Of a DNA stretch of 64,000 nucleotides, positions 14,661 to 33,981 are shown one piece after another. Position 1 is the stretch's first letter. Every line of letters starts with the position of its first letter. The stretch lies in the NCBI RefSeq assembly GCF_009914755.1, contig NC_060946.1; one strand, written 5' to 3'. The notes under the pieces are model-generated. The model was not told where the DNA came from and did no database searches. It worked only from the letters and a program-made list of their open reading frames with translations. The DNA is from the human T2T-CHM13v2.0 reference genome, Homo sapiens. A program made the position numbers and the translations under genes.

Positions 14661-15073
14661 CACAAAGGGAGCTTCTCCCCAGCAGTTGCAGGTGCCTCCC
14701 TGGAGCAGAGAAGGCCTCACAATTCACTGCTGAGAGCAGCTGGCAAAAGCCATAGGCCCAGAGAAGATAGCTGCTTCCAGGGCTGCTTCTCAGTTCAAAC
14801 GGTGGGTCAGGAACCAGCAGGCTGAGTACCAAGAGCATGGAGTAACAGCTGAGGGAAGGGCTTCAATGCAGGGCCCAGCCATCATGGTATTTTGGGGGAT
14901 TGGGTTAATAGACATAATTGCCTTAGTACAAGCAGGACTTTGGGTCAAGTCTCCTTCACGGTGTTTAGTAACACTTAACTCTAGTTGTTGCAGTCTTTCT
15001 TATTAGGTCTTCATACAAGTCTACAGAGAACATATATTTTTTTTAATATGCTAAGAGTTTAAAAAAAAATGCA

Positions 15074-15310
15074 GTTCAAGACCAGCCTGGCCAACACGTC
15101 AAAACCCCATCTCTACAAAAAATACAAAAATTAGCCAGGTGTGGTGGCACACGCCTATAATCCCAGCTACTCGGGAGACTGAAGTGGGAGGATTGATTGA
15201 TGTCAGGAGGTCAAGGCTGCAGTGAGCTGTGACTGCACCACTACACTCCAGCCTGGGTGACAGAGCAAGACCCTGTCTCAAACAACAACAACAACAACAA
15301 AAAAAAAAAC
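15074..15310 (+). mobile_element. 5'-truncated Alu
   Basis: Alu consensus with (CAA)n tail. Confidence 0.85.
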
Positions 15311-15481
15311 AAATGCAGAGGTCAGGAAGTGGCTAGATAGGGATGCAGAAGCTCAAAGCTGCACAGTCCCTGGTCCCACCCACTTGTCTTAGAGATAGGG
15401 ATGCTAATGCCCAGGGAAGGCAGGGCCCTGCTCGGGCCTCTCTGTCCCACAACAACATTCTTAATTTTGTCCCCGCCTCAC

Positions 15482-15556
15482 TTGCTATCTTCAAGCCTCC
15501 TCTTCTTAATTGCAGACTCCATTTCGGGAATTGCTGCTTCGTAGAAGGAAGCTAGT
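15482..15556 (-). CDS. ASCC2: ASCC2 exon 9 (75 nt, RLASFYE...LEDSK)
   Basis: cacag|A ... CAA|GTGAGG; inside ORF 15478..15666. Confidence 0.95.
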
Positions 15557-15908
15557 CTGTGCAGGCACACACAGGGAAAATGTTGGATTAGTTCATAAAT
15601 ACCACACTTCATAAGAACATCAAAGCAAACCCCAGGGAGTGGGAAGGCCCATTTCTTTTTCCACACAATTTTCTCCAGGGACCCCTTGGTTCTTCCCTGA
15701 GCTCACCCCAGACTGACCCACTAGGGCTGGTCCCAGGAACAGCTCATAAGAAGTGACCTATAGCCATGTCCCTCATTCAGATGGGCAACTGAGGCCCAGA
15801 TAGGCTCATACTAACAGAGGAATCAGAAGGCCACTCGGAACCCACTGAAGTTTGAGAAGCAGATCCAAGATTACTTGCTTGTAATTTTCTTGCTCAAAAA
15901 CTGTCAGT

Positions 15909-17218
<1,310 letters not shown>

Positions 17219-17929
17219 CTAATTAAAAAAAAACAAAAGAAAAACAGCTGCTAGCAGCTCCCTACCTCTTATGACAGCAAACCATAATTATTCTCTCTGG
17301 TACATCCATATCTGTCACGGTATACAGCCAATCTTGCTTCTCACCTAGGTGATTTCATACCACCCTTTCCCAACTCAAATTCAAACTCTCCATCCCAGCC
17401 GCACAACCCCTCAACATTCTTCCAGAGATCAGCACTCCCACAGCCCTCTGGCTTCCTCTCAGGCTAATGCTGGCCACTGCTCTTCTCTTCTTTCTCCTCA
17501 TTCTCCTCCTCCTCCATGCAGCATTCCAGGCCCATCTCCTCCCATGCACTTCCTGATCATGCTCACTCATGGGAATTCTTCCTTTCCAGAACTAGATGCA
17601 CTGCATGTGGAATATATTGCCCTGTTGCCCTGGCAAGTGAAACTGCAGCTGCCTCTTTTCTGTGGTATAATTCTTCCCCCAAACATCTTAAGCTTCCCAA
17701 AGCCGGAACTGCAGCTTAAGTGTCTAGGTTGGTGCTGAATTTGGAGCAAGTCCTCTGTAAACACATGCCTGTCAGTTGGCTGGTTTCTGGCAATGTCTAT
17801 CCTACTACAATGCTATATGTAACAAAGGGTAACTAGGCCAAAAGAGGCAGGCCCTACTAGGCCCACAGGATAGTCCAGAAAAATGACAGAGAGGGCAGTT
17901 TGGCCTAAACAGGTTCAGCTGTTGCCAGG

Positions 17930-18810
<881 letters not shown>

Positions 18811-20238
18811 ATATCTACTCAGCTATACTTGAATAGATGGGAAAGGAAGGAGGAAAAAGGTTATTTTGAGAGGGATTATCAACAAAGCTGATTGGGCAAC
18901 TGTAACCACTTTCAGAGAGGCCTGGAGAACTGAGGTGGCTGTATTTGCTCAGCAGGGCGTTCCTGGCCTCCAGCACAGTTGGAGGCTGGGTCAGCCCCAG
19001 GGTGTTCGTGGGTCAAAGGCAGTGTTGCCTTTAGTCAAAAGTGTTTCCCTTTCTTCCTCCTCACCCTGAGATGGGTATAGCTTCTCCCCTGCCTCTGCTG
19101 TCCCTTGCAGTAAAGTCAGCTCTTCCAAAACTTATCCCTTCCCCATCTCCAAAGAGCCTTTCAAAAGCAATCTGTGCCACATTTGGGGAAACACTTTAAC
19201 AAAATGGGAAAATGCCTATGATAAGCGAAAATATGCAAGGTACGAAATTCTAAGAATAGTATGATTTCTTATGGTGATTTTAATTTCCTACTTTTCTGGA
19301 TTTTCCAAATGTTCTACAAGCACATGCTGCTTTTATCATGAGAAAAGATACCTTTTTAAAAAAGTGGACAGCTACATACCCCTCTCTTCTGGGGAAAATG
19401 CCAGGCAGCAGGTTATCCTAACATTCTCTGGGAGGCTCAATAACCCTAATGTCTGATTTTTATAAGCTGAGGCGACCAGGGAGGGGTCACAGCACCAGCT
19501 GCCATCTCTGGCACATGTAAGGACTAAATAAATGTTTTGTTAAATGGGTGAGTAAATGACAGAATGGACAGGCAGCTGAATGGATGGAGTTGGGCAGCTC
19601 CCAGAAGCTGCTACAAATGGTGGGGAGAAACGTCTTGCTAGAGTGACAATCAGAGGCCACTAGGAAGAGGCCTGTGCCCACAACTGCCAGGCAATACGCA
19701 GGTTGCCAACCCTTTCACCCTGGCCTGGAATGCCCACACCCACCCCTTTCTTACTGCACAAGCAACAGATACTCTTGGTGCTAAGAGGGCAAAGTGGGTC
19801 TGCCTCCCTGGCTCATATTCTCTTTCATATCTGTCTCCCTCCCACCAGGATCTTTCTAACAGCTCCTTTGGATAAAAGCCTCCAGGGGCTCCCCACTGCC
19901 TACAGCATAAAGGCCCTGCCAGCACATCCCAGGCTCCCCACGATCTGACTTCTACTGACTTACCCAAAGTGGGCTCTTGTTACTGGCTTGTTTTCCTGCT
20001 GTTCTGTGTGTCCCCACCCTCTGCCTCATGTCACACTTCACTCCCCAGCTCTCTCTCTGGGCCTCTGCATGCTTCACTTCACCTGCCTAGGATGCCCTTC
20101 CTGCTATGGGAACTTTTCTTTGTCTGGAAGATACCTGTTCCTTCAAGACATCCTTCAAGGGTGATCTCACAGCTCCATGTTGGAGCACTCCTGTTGTTTC
20201 CTAGTGTGTGTTCCCCCCAGGCTACTCTATTGAACTGA

Positions 20239-20551
<313 letters not shown>

Positions 20552-20800
20552 CATTGTATGTGTGTGTGTATTTTTTTTCCCTGCCCTATCCTGGTCTTGG
20601 CCAAAAACAGGAGTGCTTCTAAAATGCAGGCGCCACACAAGCAGGAGGCTTATCTGTCGTTTTCACTGCTGCATCCCCAGGCTGGAAGAGGGACTGGTAC
20701 ATTCTAAGCACCCAGTAAATATTTGTTAAATGAGTAAATATTTGTTAAATTAGTACATAAGCCAGTATCTCTATTTCAACAGCCAGAACTACCGCCTTAC

Positions 20801-20913
20801 CTGTAACAAAAGTCGTGCTTCTGGAAGGTCTGGCAAGCCAAAGGGAAGATATCCAGAAAGGCCCAAAGTGTGGTGCAGGTATCACAAAGGTAGAGAACAA
20901 TGTCCTTTAATTC
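20801..20913 (-). CDS. ASCC2: ASCC2 exon 8 (113 nt, ELKDIVLYL...HDFCY)
   Basis: caacag|GAA ... CAG|GTAAGG; phase 0-2. Confidence 0.95.
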
Positions 20914-22027
20914 CTGTTGCCAAAAGAATACACTGCATTATTCTCCTCTGTCCACACATACAGATCTGCAGAGCACCTGAGACAACATTAAAACAGTCAG
21001 GGTCCCAAACAGGCAGGATGTTACACAGGAGGAAAAGAACACTGGAGGTCCCAGGCAAAGTCTGGCTAGTCCATCTTCAGGAGCACGATCTGGGTGAGTC
21101 ACCTAACCTCTCTAAGCCTCAGGTCATTACTCCAATGGCCTTACACCCAATCACCGCTAGGGTTACTTCCAGTTCTAAGATAATACAGTTCCCTCTTCTA
21201 AGCTAAAGGAAAACCAACTCTTGAATCTGAAGACATCATGCAAAGAAGGAACATCCGAGGCAGGACAAGAATATTAAGTCCATAGGTTTTTCACATCTTG
21301 AAGAGGGTATACAAAACACTTTCTTCTAAGTTTCTTACACACTTTCCTGGTTCTCATGACAACTCTGAAAAGTAGGCTGGGAAGCTATTGAGGATCTTTA
21401 TTTTACAGAAAAGGAAACCGAGGTTCCGAGAGGTAAAATGATTTGCTCCCACAGCACCTGCCACGTGCCCTTCTGAAATGAGATCACCATCTCCAGGAGG
21501 ACAGCTCATAGCTGCCTTGTTCCTGTTCTATCTCCAGGGCTAGGGCAGCACCTGACACATGTTGAGGCTTCCTGAATGTTTGCCTTCTATCTGTCACCCT
21601 TGTCAACTCTAAATTCCATGAGCGCAGGGGCCAGTCTGCTTTTGTTTACTGCTTTGCCTCCAGGCATAGCACAGGGTCTGGCACATGCTCAGGACTCCTC
21701 AATATAAGTCCACTGAATAAATGGCTCAATGAATAACGCACAAGTGAACATGTCAAACTGAAATAAATGAGGACTCTGAATCCTTATTCCCCAGTTCTTT
21801 CCACTACTCTATAAATGAAGCTCCCAGAGAGAAATCCAAGCCAGCTGAAAATGCTCTAAACCTGTGTGATGGGACATAATAGTTGCTCACTGTGCTGGAG
21901 GAAGGGGCCCTGGGCAGGGAAGAGGCCACTGGGTCCTCTACTGGGGCAATCTTCCCAGCCTCTGGGTAGCTAGGCCCTGGTTGGAGGGACCCGGCAGGAA
22001 AGAGACTGGGCCGAAGGGCAACCTTAC

Positions 22028-22138
22028 CAGGAGAGGCATGTCACTGGGGGTCAATCGGCCCCTCTCCTCAAGCTTCTGGGGTGTGGTATTGGCCCCGTCC
22101 CCTTGCAAACCACAGTGCTGGAGGATATTGCTGAAGAC
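22028..22138 (-). CDS. ASCC2: ASCC2 exon 7 (111 nt, VFSNILQH...DMPLL)
   Basis: ttcacag|GTC ... CTG|GTAAGG. Confidence 0.95.
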
Positions 22139-22384
22139 CTGTGAAAGACAAGAACGGGCTCTCTCACATCATACTGAACCAGGGCTAGGACCCCTGGCAG
22201 CAGCCAGGGTCAGGTGATCTGAAAACTGCCTTGGAGTTTCTAGAATATTTACCCATGTTTCCAGGATATAAGCTGAGACAATTACCTTCTCCAAGAGTGA
22301 GGTCAGAGTAAAAACTATGTAAGATGGGGATGATGGGAGCATCCTTCTTAAAGGAGGGCGAAGAGGATTAAAAAGACAACCTGG

Positions 22385-22711
<327 letters not shown>

Positions 22712-23376
22712 TTATCTGACCGCATAGGCCAGGCAAGTATAATGAACATTTAAGATATACTTTAGCAATGTATAACAAATCTTTAGAACCCCTGTAGATG
22801 GCTATTTATGGAAACTACATTGAAAATAAGACAAATCAACAGTGAGAGGAAAACGGTCCATCGTAGGCACTGAACTGACTGTGCCATTTTAAGAAGGCTA
22901 GCATGTAAGGATTCCAAAACTTACTGTGAACAGTAGATATCTCTTGGTGGTGGGATTATGAGGGAATGATAATGTTCCTCTTTCATTTTTTATTTTCCGA
23001 ATTTTCTACAATGAACATTATTTCATGAAATAATTTTGTAAAACTTTAAAGCTACTTTTTGAGAAACACTGGTCTCTTAGAGGGATATCCTTAGAGGCAT
23101 ATGGCTGTTGGCAAGCAACAAAAAATGCAAGCCAAACTCTGTCTGTATGAGCGCCAGCCAGCCAGCCCTTAGGCTTAAGTCTTGTTCAAAAGGGAAAACG
23201 GCAAATTTAAAGAGGTGTAGTCAGGGGTAAGACAAAGAGACTGTCTGGGGAGATGCGAGAGTCAGGGAATAAACATTTCCTCAGCTCCTCCAGGAAAGTC
23301 AGGCAACACCATTGAGTTGGGGAGGTGGCCTATCCTCCAAGCTCAACCTCCCCTGCGCAGGGCCAAGAGCTGGTAC

Positions 23377-23444
23377 CTGAAGGATGGTAGGCAGGGTTTC
23401 ATCCAGGTCACTGTAGTAACTTGGCTGCTGTGTAAAGATGTTTC
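23377..23444 (-). CDS. ASCC2: ASCC2 exon 6 (68 nt, GNIFTQQ...PTILQ)
   Basis: tttttag|GA ... CAG|GTACCA; phase 1-0; inside ORF 23299..23511. Confidence 0.95.
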
Positions 23445-24155
23445 CTAAAAAGAGAAGAGAAAGGTTGGAATTGAGAAAAGGTGGGGGCTCGGGGCAGTGA
23501 AGAGGACACATTACAAATGGTTGCCAGCAGGTCTGTGACCTTTCTCCCTTTTCCTAATCCTATCTGCAGCTAGGACCTAGGACGAGTCCTGGCCCCAGGC
23601 CCTGCTGGCACTGAGCTTTGGCCCAGCCTAGAAGCTTCCCCAGGGTGGGGGAGGGACCTTGCTCAGTATGATTTAACCTTTTAAGTACCTCTGCCTAGTG
23701 AATTACATAAAAGACCCGCCCTGGTCAAACCAGCTCACACTGATGTCCCCAGGGAGTGATCACACTTGGGTACCCTGCCTCCTATGACAGCTTTGGCTCT
23801 GCAAGTTGGAGTTAGTCATCCAGGAAAATTAGCAGATAGGATCTCTTTGCTCAAGAAACATGGATGCAATAATCCAGGACTCTCCAATAATATGAGGAGA
23901 TTCCAGGGAGATATTTCTCCGGAAATTTCATACCTTTCACTTTTAGATATGCTAACCATACTAATCCATCCTACTCCAAGGTGAGAGGCCTGAGAAGGAC
24001 TTGGAGATAGATTTACCACACACTTGCAATTGTTCCTATAAGATGAAGCTTGTCTCCAAGTGTTTACTATTCTCCAAGTGCTGCCGCTGTGAGTGCGTAG
24101 GTTCGAGCATATGGTAACTGGAACAGAAACCAAGTGTTCCAGCTGCCCAAATGGC

Positions 24156-24207
24156 GAGAGAGGGAGAGAGGGAGAGAGGGAGAGAGGGAGGGAGGGAGGG
24201 AGGGAAG
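24156..24207. repeat. (GAGAGAGG)n/(GGGA)n polypurine tract
   Basis: Read directly. Confidence 0.9.
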
Positions 24208-25650
24208 ATCACAGCTAGCTTGGGGACGTGACAATGTGAAATGCCAATGCCCTTAAGCAGCCAGGGTTCTTGGCCCCCTGTAATCCCAGCATCTAAGGCT
24301 GGCTGATGGTCAGGATGTTCTGAATTCTAGGTGTTCTCTGCCTTTGGGCAGGTCTGTCCTTGGTTTCCTTATCGATGACCATGCAGCCCTTGCTGGACCC
24401 TGGAGGATTTGAAAAATGAATGAGTTCAAAAACCAGATGGGGCTGGGTGAGTAAGCAAGTCACTAGGTGGCTGGACTTTCTGTAAGCACTTTCCTGGATG
24501 CCACTGCATTTCTTGATTCCAGAAAGCTGAGTTTTACCAGCCCGCACTTGCTCAGCACCTCCCACCTCCAGATGGGTGCTGATCCCATAACCTGTGAAGG
24601 TGTGCCCAGACCATCTGCACCCACTTCCTACTCCTGATAGGCAAGGAAAGACAGAGCTATCTCCCCACCAAACTCTGTTCTTCCTAAAAAAAACCCTCAA
24701 GATTAAGTCCAAACTCCTGACCATGGCACAAAAGGCCCTGTGAGATCTGGCCTCTGCTGGTATCCCAGGCCACCCTTTCCCCCTTCCCTACACTACACTC
24801 CTCCCTCACACCATTCTCAACCTCAGAAAACCATCCCTGTCCCCGCCTTCTGTTTGGAGTGCCTTCCTAGAGCTAACTCCACCATAAGGCAGGTGTCACC
24901 TCCTCCACGCAGTGCCTCCTGACCCAGGCATTAGGAGAGGTCTCCTCTTACAACCCCCAGGGCCATACCATGTTCTCCAAAGCATCCCAACCACTTCGCA
25001 CTGGGGAGGCACCCTCTCATGATCCTTCCAGTGCTGCAGCCTGAGTAAAGCGAGGTTTTACATGCATCAGTATAGATCAAATTTCATACTCTATTCTTGG
25101 GGTCTTCTAAGTCCCTTTCCTCACCTTCATCTGATTCTAATGACAGTGACGATGTAACTTTTGATCTCCTAAAGAAATAATAAAAATGTAAGGAATAGCA
25201 ATGGCATCCTTTGAAATGTCCCTTCTCAGATGAAAGCAGTTCAGAAACCCAGGGTGAATGGAGATACTGCCAAGTAGATCACTGCAGTCCACAATTGGGC
25301 CAAGGCCCAAGTCATTCCTGGTTTGCAAAGCAGTGTCAAGAGTCTAACTGAAATGGCTTGCTTTCAAAATTATACTTGTTGATGCACAATACCAGCCTTG
25401 AAAGTTAAAAAAAAAAAATTAGGTGGGGGATTGGGATAGGTACTCAGGAGGCCAAGGTGGGAGGATTGCTTGGAAAAAAAAAAAAAAAAGCAAGGTAAGG
25501 AACTGGGCTTCTACTCACAGAACACTCAACCAGTCCCCTTTCTCCCACCTTCTTTCACTTGTCAATCCTCTTACAAGTGATCACTTTGACTGAGTTTCCG
25601 CGGTATAGAAATCGGCGGCTGCCCCTTCTTGTGCCTTCTGCTCAAAGGTT

Positions 25651-25738
25651 AAAAAGAGAGCTGCTGTGTATGTGTGTGTGAGAGAGACAGACAGAAAAAG
25701 AGAGCTGCTGTGTATGTGTGTGTGAGAGAGACAGACAG
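25651..25738. repeat. Perfect 44-nt tandem duplication (x2)
   Basis: AAAAAGAGAGCTGCTGTGTATGTGTGTGTGAGAGAGACAGACAG occurs twice. Confidence 0.95.
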
Positions 25739-25772
25739 AAACTGCAGGTCCCTTCTCTGCATCACTCCCTGC

Positions 25773-25774
<2 letters not shown>

Positions 25775-25842
<68 letters not shown>
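25775..25842. repeat. (AC)34 microsatellite
   Basis: Read directly. Confidence 0.97.
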
Positions 25843-25845
<3 letters not shown>

Positions 25846-26498
25846 GAAGGGGCTCCTGAGGCCTGGTCCTGACTTCTTTTGTGCTGACTCCCCTCTAGGA
25901 GCCAAAGAAGGGGCTCTTCTTAATAAGCCAGTTTAGGGTTCTCAACCTCAAGGTCTGAGAACTCTTAAAAACACCTCAGAATCTATGAGGGAGGACATTT
26001 TTCTGGACAGAAGTTTTCATCTGATTCTCAAAGCAGTCAGTGATCTGGACGATTAGGAGCCCAGGCAGTAAGTGAGTAGGCTTTCTCACTCTCCCATCAC
26101 CACGCAGTCCCCTCTGGATACCTGCAGCCATCTTACACCCAATAGGTCCCATGTTGAACCTCACCTCTACCCAAAGCTTCCTCTCCCACCTCCCAAAGGG
26201 CCTTTTTCCTGCAACCAACACCTGTTCCAGCTGACCTCACCAAGCCCTGCTTAAATCTGCTTCCTGGATTTCCTTTTCTTCCCCAGCAGCCCAGCCAGGC
26301 TCTCACCTTCAAACCCACACAGATGTGCCCACCTCCTACAAGGCCTCCTGTCTCCACCCTCCCCACCTGCATGTGGCCAGATGAATCTTGTTACCAGATG
26401 GCTCCTTGCCTTGCTCCAAGCTCCTGGAGGCTCCGCGGTCTCATCACAGTAAGAGCTCATGCTTACCAATGGCTGAGACATGCCAGGCACGGTCCTGA

Positions 26499-28300
<1,802 letters not shown>

Positions 28301-29079
28301 AAGAATAAAGGAAAGTGACCATTATAAGGGATAACTCAGTTTTGTAACTAGGTATTTCGAAGACTGTGTCCTACAGTCTCCAGGTGAGGAGAGCTGGCAA
28401 GGGCGTCCAGGGTGAGCACCCCTCTGTGCCAGGCCCAGCTCCATGAGCTACAATTCAAAGAGGAATTCACTGGGGCGCTCCCTCTGTAACGTCCCACAGT
28501 GCTTCTGTTTCTCTTTTTTTCTTATTTTTTTGTGTGTGTGTGCGTATAAAGAGGAACCTCTAAAAAAAACTGCTTGTTTTTGATCAAACCTTCTCCCCTC
28601 TGCCTGCTAATGGGATCCAACGGCTAATGTCCGTTCCTTTTGCAACCCAGAAGAGCCCTCTCTGAACTCTGTCCCTACCTGCTCTCAGCAACAATGCAAA
28701 TCATGACATTTTTGACACAGTGCCATCATCCCTGAAGCAGGGAGTTGCAGAGCAAGAGCTTGAGAGTCAGGTCTACGTTTACACACGTCCCAGCTGGGCC
28801 ACTTATTAGTCATATCCTCTCAGGCAAGTCCCCTACATTTTAACCTCAGTTTCCTTATCTGTAAGTGGGGATGATGACAGCACTTATCTCACAGGGCTGC
28901 TGTGAGGATCCAATTGACATAACATATGTGGAGTGCTTGGCAGAATGCCAGGTCCCCGGAACACTCTCCAATAAAGGTTAGCTTAGTTATCACTGCTGTT
29001 CTTACATTCGTCGCCAAAGGAAACTTCCCCATTCCTATGTCTGATGCATGGCCAATTGCATAATACTAATACACTCCCA

Positions 29080-29465
29080 AGGCAGAATGGTGGCTTACAC
29101 TGTAATCTCAGCTGTTCAGGAAGCTAAAGCAGGAGGATGACTTGAGGCCAGGAGTTCAAGACCAGCTGGAACAACATAGTGAGACCCCATCTACTAAAAA
29201 AAATTTTTTTTTAATTCGCCAGGCATGGTGGTGTGCACCTGTAGTCCCAGGTACCTGGGAGGCTGAGTTGGGGGGATAGCTTTACTCCAGGAATGTGAAG
29301 CTGCAGTGAAATATGATTGCGCCACTGCACTCTTGCCTGAGTGACAGAGCAAGGCTTTGTCTTTTTTCTTTTTTTTTGAGATGGAGTCTTGCTCCATCTC
29401 AAACACTGCAACTTCTGCCTCCCAGGTTCAAGTGATTCTCCTGAAAAAAAACAAAAACAAAAAAT
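29080..29465. mobile_element. Rearranged Alu: plus-strand body with an inverted Alu fragment before the A tail
   Basis: See findings. Confidence 0.8.
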
Positions 29466-29699
29466 TTCCAGATCCCTGGGGAACTGTCTGGTACACAGTT
29501 TTATTTCCACCTCCCTAGGTAGTGTCACTACCTAGTCATTTTGAGGTGACACTCATATATCTGTTAAGCAATTTCCCAAGACTCCCTGCCCCTATCGCCC
29601 TGAGTCCCTGGGCACTGTCAAAGCGCTGGCCTTTGCAACCTTTAGTTTGGCATGTGGGGGCCATCTTGGTGCATCCTCCCAGTCCTGCATCCTACACAC

Positions 29700-29829
29700 C
29701 TATCATCTTCTGGAGCAGTGGTGAGTTGCCTTTTCCAAAGAGCACGCAGAGGTCCAGGATCTTTGGAATGTCAAAGAGGAAGTTATTGTAGAGGATTTCT
29801 CCAAACGCAGAAGGGGAAATGAAGTGATC
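29700..29829 (-). CDS. ASCC2: ASCC2 exon 5 (130 nt, DHFISPSAF...LQKMI)
   Basis: ttccttag|GAT ... TAG|GTGTGT; phase 0-1. Confidence 0.95.
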
Positions 29830-30081
29830 CTAAGGAAAAATGCAGAGAGAAAGGATAGAGATTTTCTGAACACTCCTACATTATAAATAGCAAACTCATG
29901 AGAAACGATCTTTGGTTCCATCAAATGGGGACTGGTTAATGATGCCTTATGCATAGACCTGGAGCAATGGCCATTCTCCCCCCGCCCTTTTTTTTTTTTT
30001 TTAAATGTTAATCTATCTATGTTTTTGTGTCTCTAGACTAAACATCCCCATGACTTTTACAACTGGCTGTATTATCATGTC

Positions 30082-32167
<2,086 letters not shown>

Positions 32168-32457
32168 TCAGAATCAATGTTTTTTCTCTCTGACGCACAA
32201 GTCAAGGCAGTCACGCGTCAGCTGGCAAAGGGCCCTCGGCTCTCTTTGATGGAAATACTGGGTGTAACACAGACCAACCCAGTGAATTAGAGGATAAGGG
32301 ACGTGGCACAGATTTCTTCCCCAACAGTGGGAATAAAGATGGAAGAGAGACAAAGAGGAAACTCAATGCTTCCAGAGCCTTCCTTCCCAGGGGTGGAGAG
32401 CCCGGCACAGAGGTGTCGAGTATCGGGTGATGACCTGTCATGGGATCAGTGGCTTAC

Positions 32458-32628
32458 TTTGGATTCCTTGTGAGTGGACATGCGGAGGAAGGTGAGAAAA
32501 ACACTTCGATGGAGGCGCTTCTGCATGTCAACAACCTCAGGGGCTGAGGCCACCCCCTCGTCGAATTTGCGGGGGACATAGCGCAGGTAGGAGTCCAGGC
32601 ACTTCTGTAGAGTCTCGTCAAAGATCAC
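32458..32628 (-). CDS. ASCC2: ASCC2 exon 4 (171 nt, VIFDETLQK...THKESK)
   Basis: tttag|GTG ... AAA|GTAAGC; matches ORF 32446..32628. Confidence 0.96.
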
Positions 32629-32992
32629 CTAAACCAGGAGACAGAGGAGAGCGAGGATTTATCCCTTAGGCCCCAGGGGCTTGTGGGTGGACTGTGCAGG
32701 GACTCAATGCCCATCAGCCCTGCCCTATTCCAAACACTCCGACCCCAAGGGACCAAGGAGGTATGAATGAGCCAAGGGCTAAACACAAGATTCTAAAATT
32801 GACACTTTGAAAGGTGTGTAAACATTAAGATTGTGATACAAGACAGAGCAATCCGAACCACAATTTGCTGTTAAGGATCCAGTGAAAGAAGTAGACAAAA
32901 AAGCACCTCCTAGGGGAAGAAAAACAACAACAGCAACCAACCAATGGCATGTCATGTGCTTTGTCTTAGCGTTAATTTTGATAGAATGTTAC

Positions 32993-33151
32993 CTGGCACC
33001 AGAATTTATCGTGAGGCAAGGCCAGGAGCCAGTCGAGGTCATTGGCTACGAAGGTGGCGCGTTCCAGGTACTCCTCCACTAGGGCGGGAATGTTGTCTTT
33101 AGGGGGCGGTTTGTATAACACAAAATACCGGTCTGCCTTCTGCTCGGGGTG
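32993..33151 (-). CDS. ASCC2: ASCC2 exon 3 (159 nt, HPEQKADRYF...DKFWCQ)
   Basis: ccgtag|CAC ... CAG|GTAACA; phase 0-0; open frame. Confidence 0.96.
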
Positions 33152-33679
33152 CTACGGATCCAAAAACCACGTGTTAACGTGGCAGAGGTTAGTCAGCGAG
33201 GGCCCATTTGCCAACCCACAGCAATGACAACACTTGGCTGTTCCAACCGGTGACCCTCCAAGGAGCTTTTAAGCATAAAGAACCAAGTGTATCTAACAAA
33301 GAGGGCATGGTTGCATTCAGCGAACACTAGGCGGTAATTAAAATCCATGTTTTCGGAGTGGATTTAATGACACGGGGAAAGGTTAAGGGAAGAGAAAGCA
33401 GGATACAAAACTCTCTGTTTAATATAATCAGTTTTCATTTTCCTTTTTTAGTAAAAGGCAAAAGATTTATTTGTTATGAAGAAAAACCAGAGCATAGTTT
33501 TCGGTCTTTAAAAAGTGTAAGTATATTCACACACTGGTATTGATTTTTAAAAAAGAAGCTGGGGAGATGACGCCCCAAAGCTAATAGTGGTTATCTCTGA
33601 TGGGGGCGGGGGGTGGTGAATTGTGGCTTGAATAGACTTTCCCATTAAAAAAAAAAAAAGAACATATATTCATATATTA

Positions 33680-33981
33680 CTTTTGTTTTGTTTTGTTTTG
33701 TTTTTGAGACAGGTCTCACTCCCGTTGCCCAGGCTGAAGTGGAGTGGCATAATCTTGGCTCACGGCAGCCTCTACCTCCTGGGCTTAGGTGATCCCCCAC
33801 CTCAGCCTCCCAAGTAGCTGGGACTACAGGTGCACACCACCATGCCTGGCTAATTTTTTTTTAGTAGAGATGGGGTTTTGCCATGTTGCCCAGGTGGTCT
33901 CAAACTCCTGGGCTCAAGCCATCCGCCTGCCTTGGCCTCCCAAAGTGCTAGGATTACAGGTTTGAGCCACCTCTCCTGGCC
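33680..33981 (-). mobile_element. AluJ
   Basis: Alu consensus with (TTTTG)n tail. Confidence 0.88.

Noticed and set aside
17355-17570. Arg-rich ORF (RRRRMRRKKRR)
   Set aside because: Produced by a low-complexity CT/GA tract; no other coding evidence.
20714-20750. 19-nt tandem duplication AGTAAATATTTGTTAAAT
   Set aside because: Lies in an L2-like 3' end; ordinary slippage.
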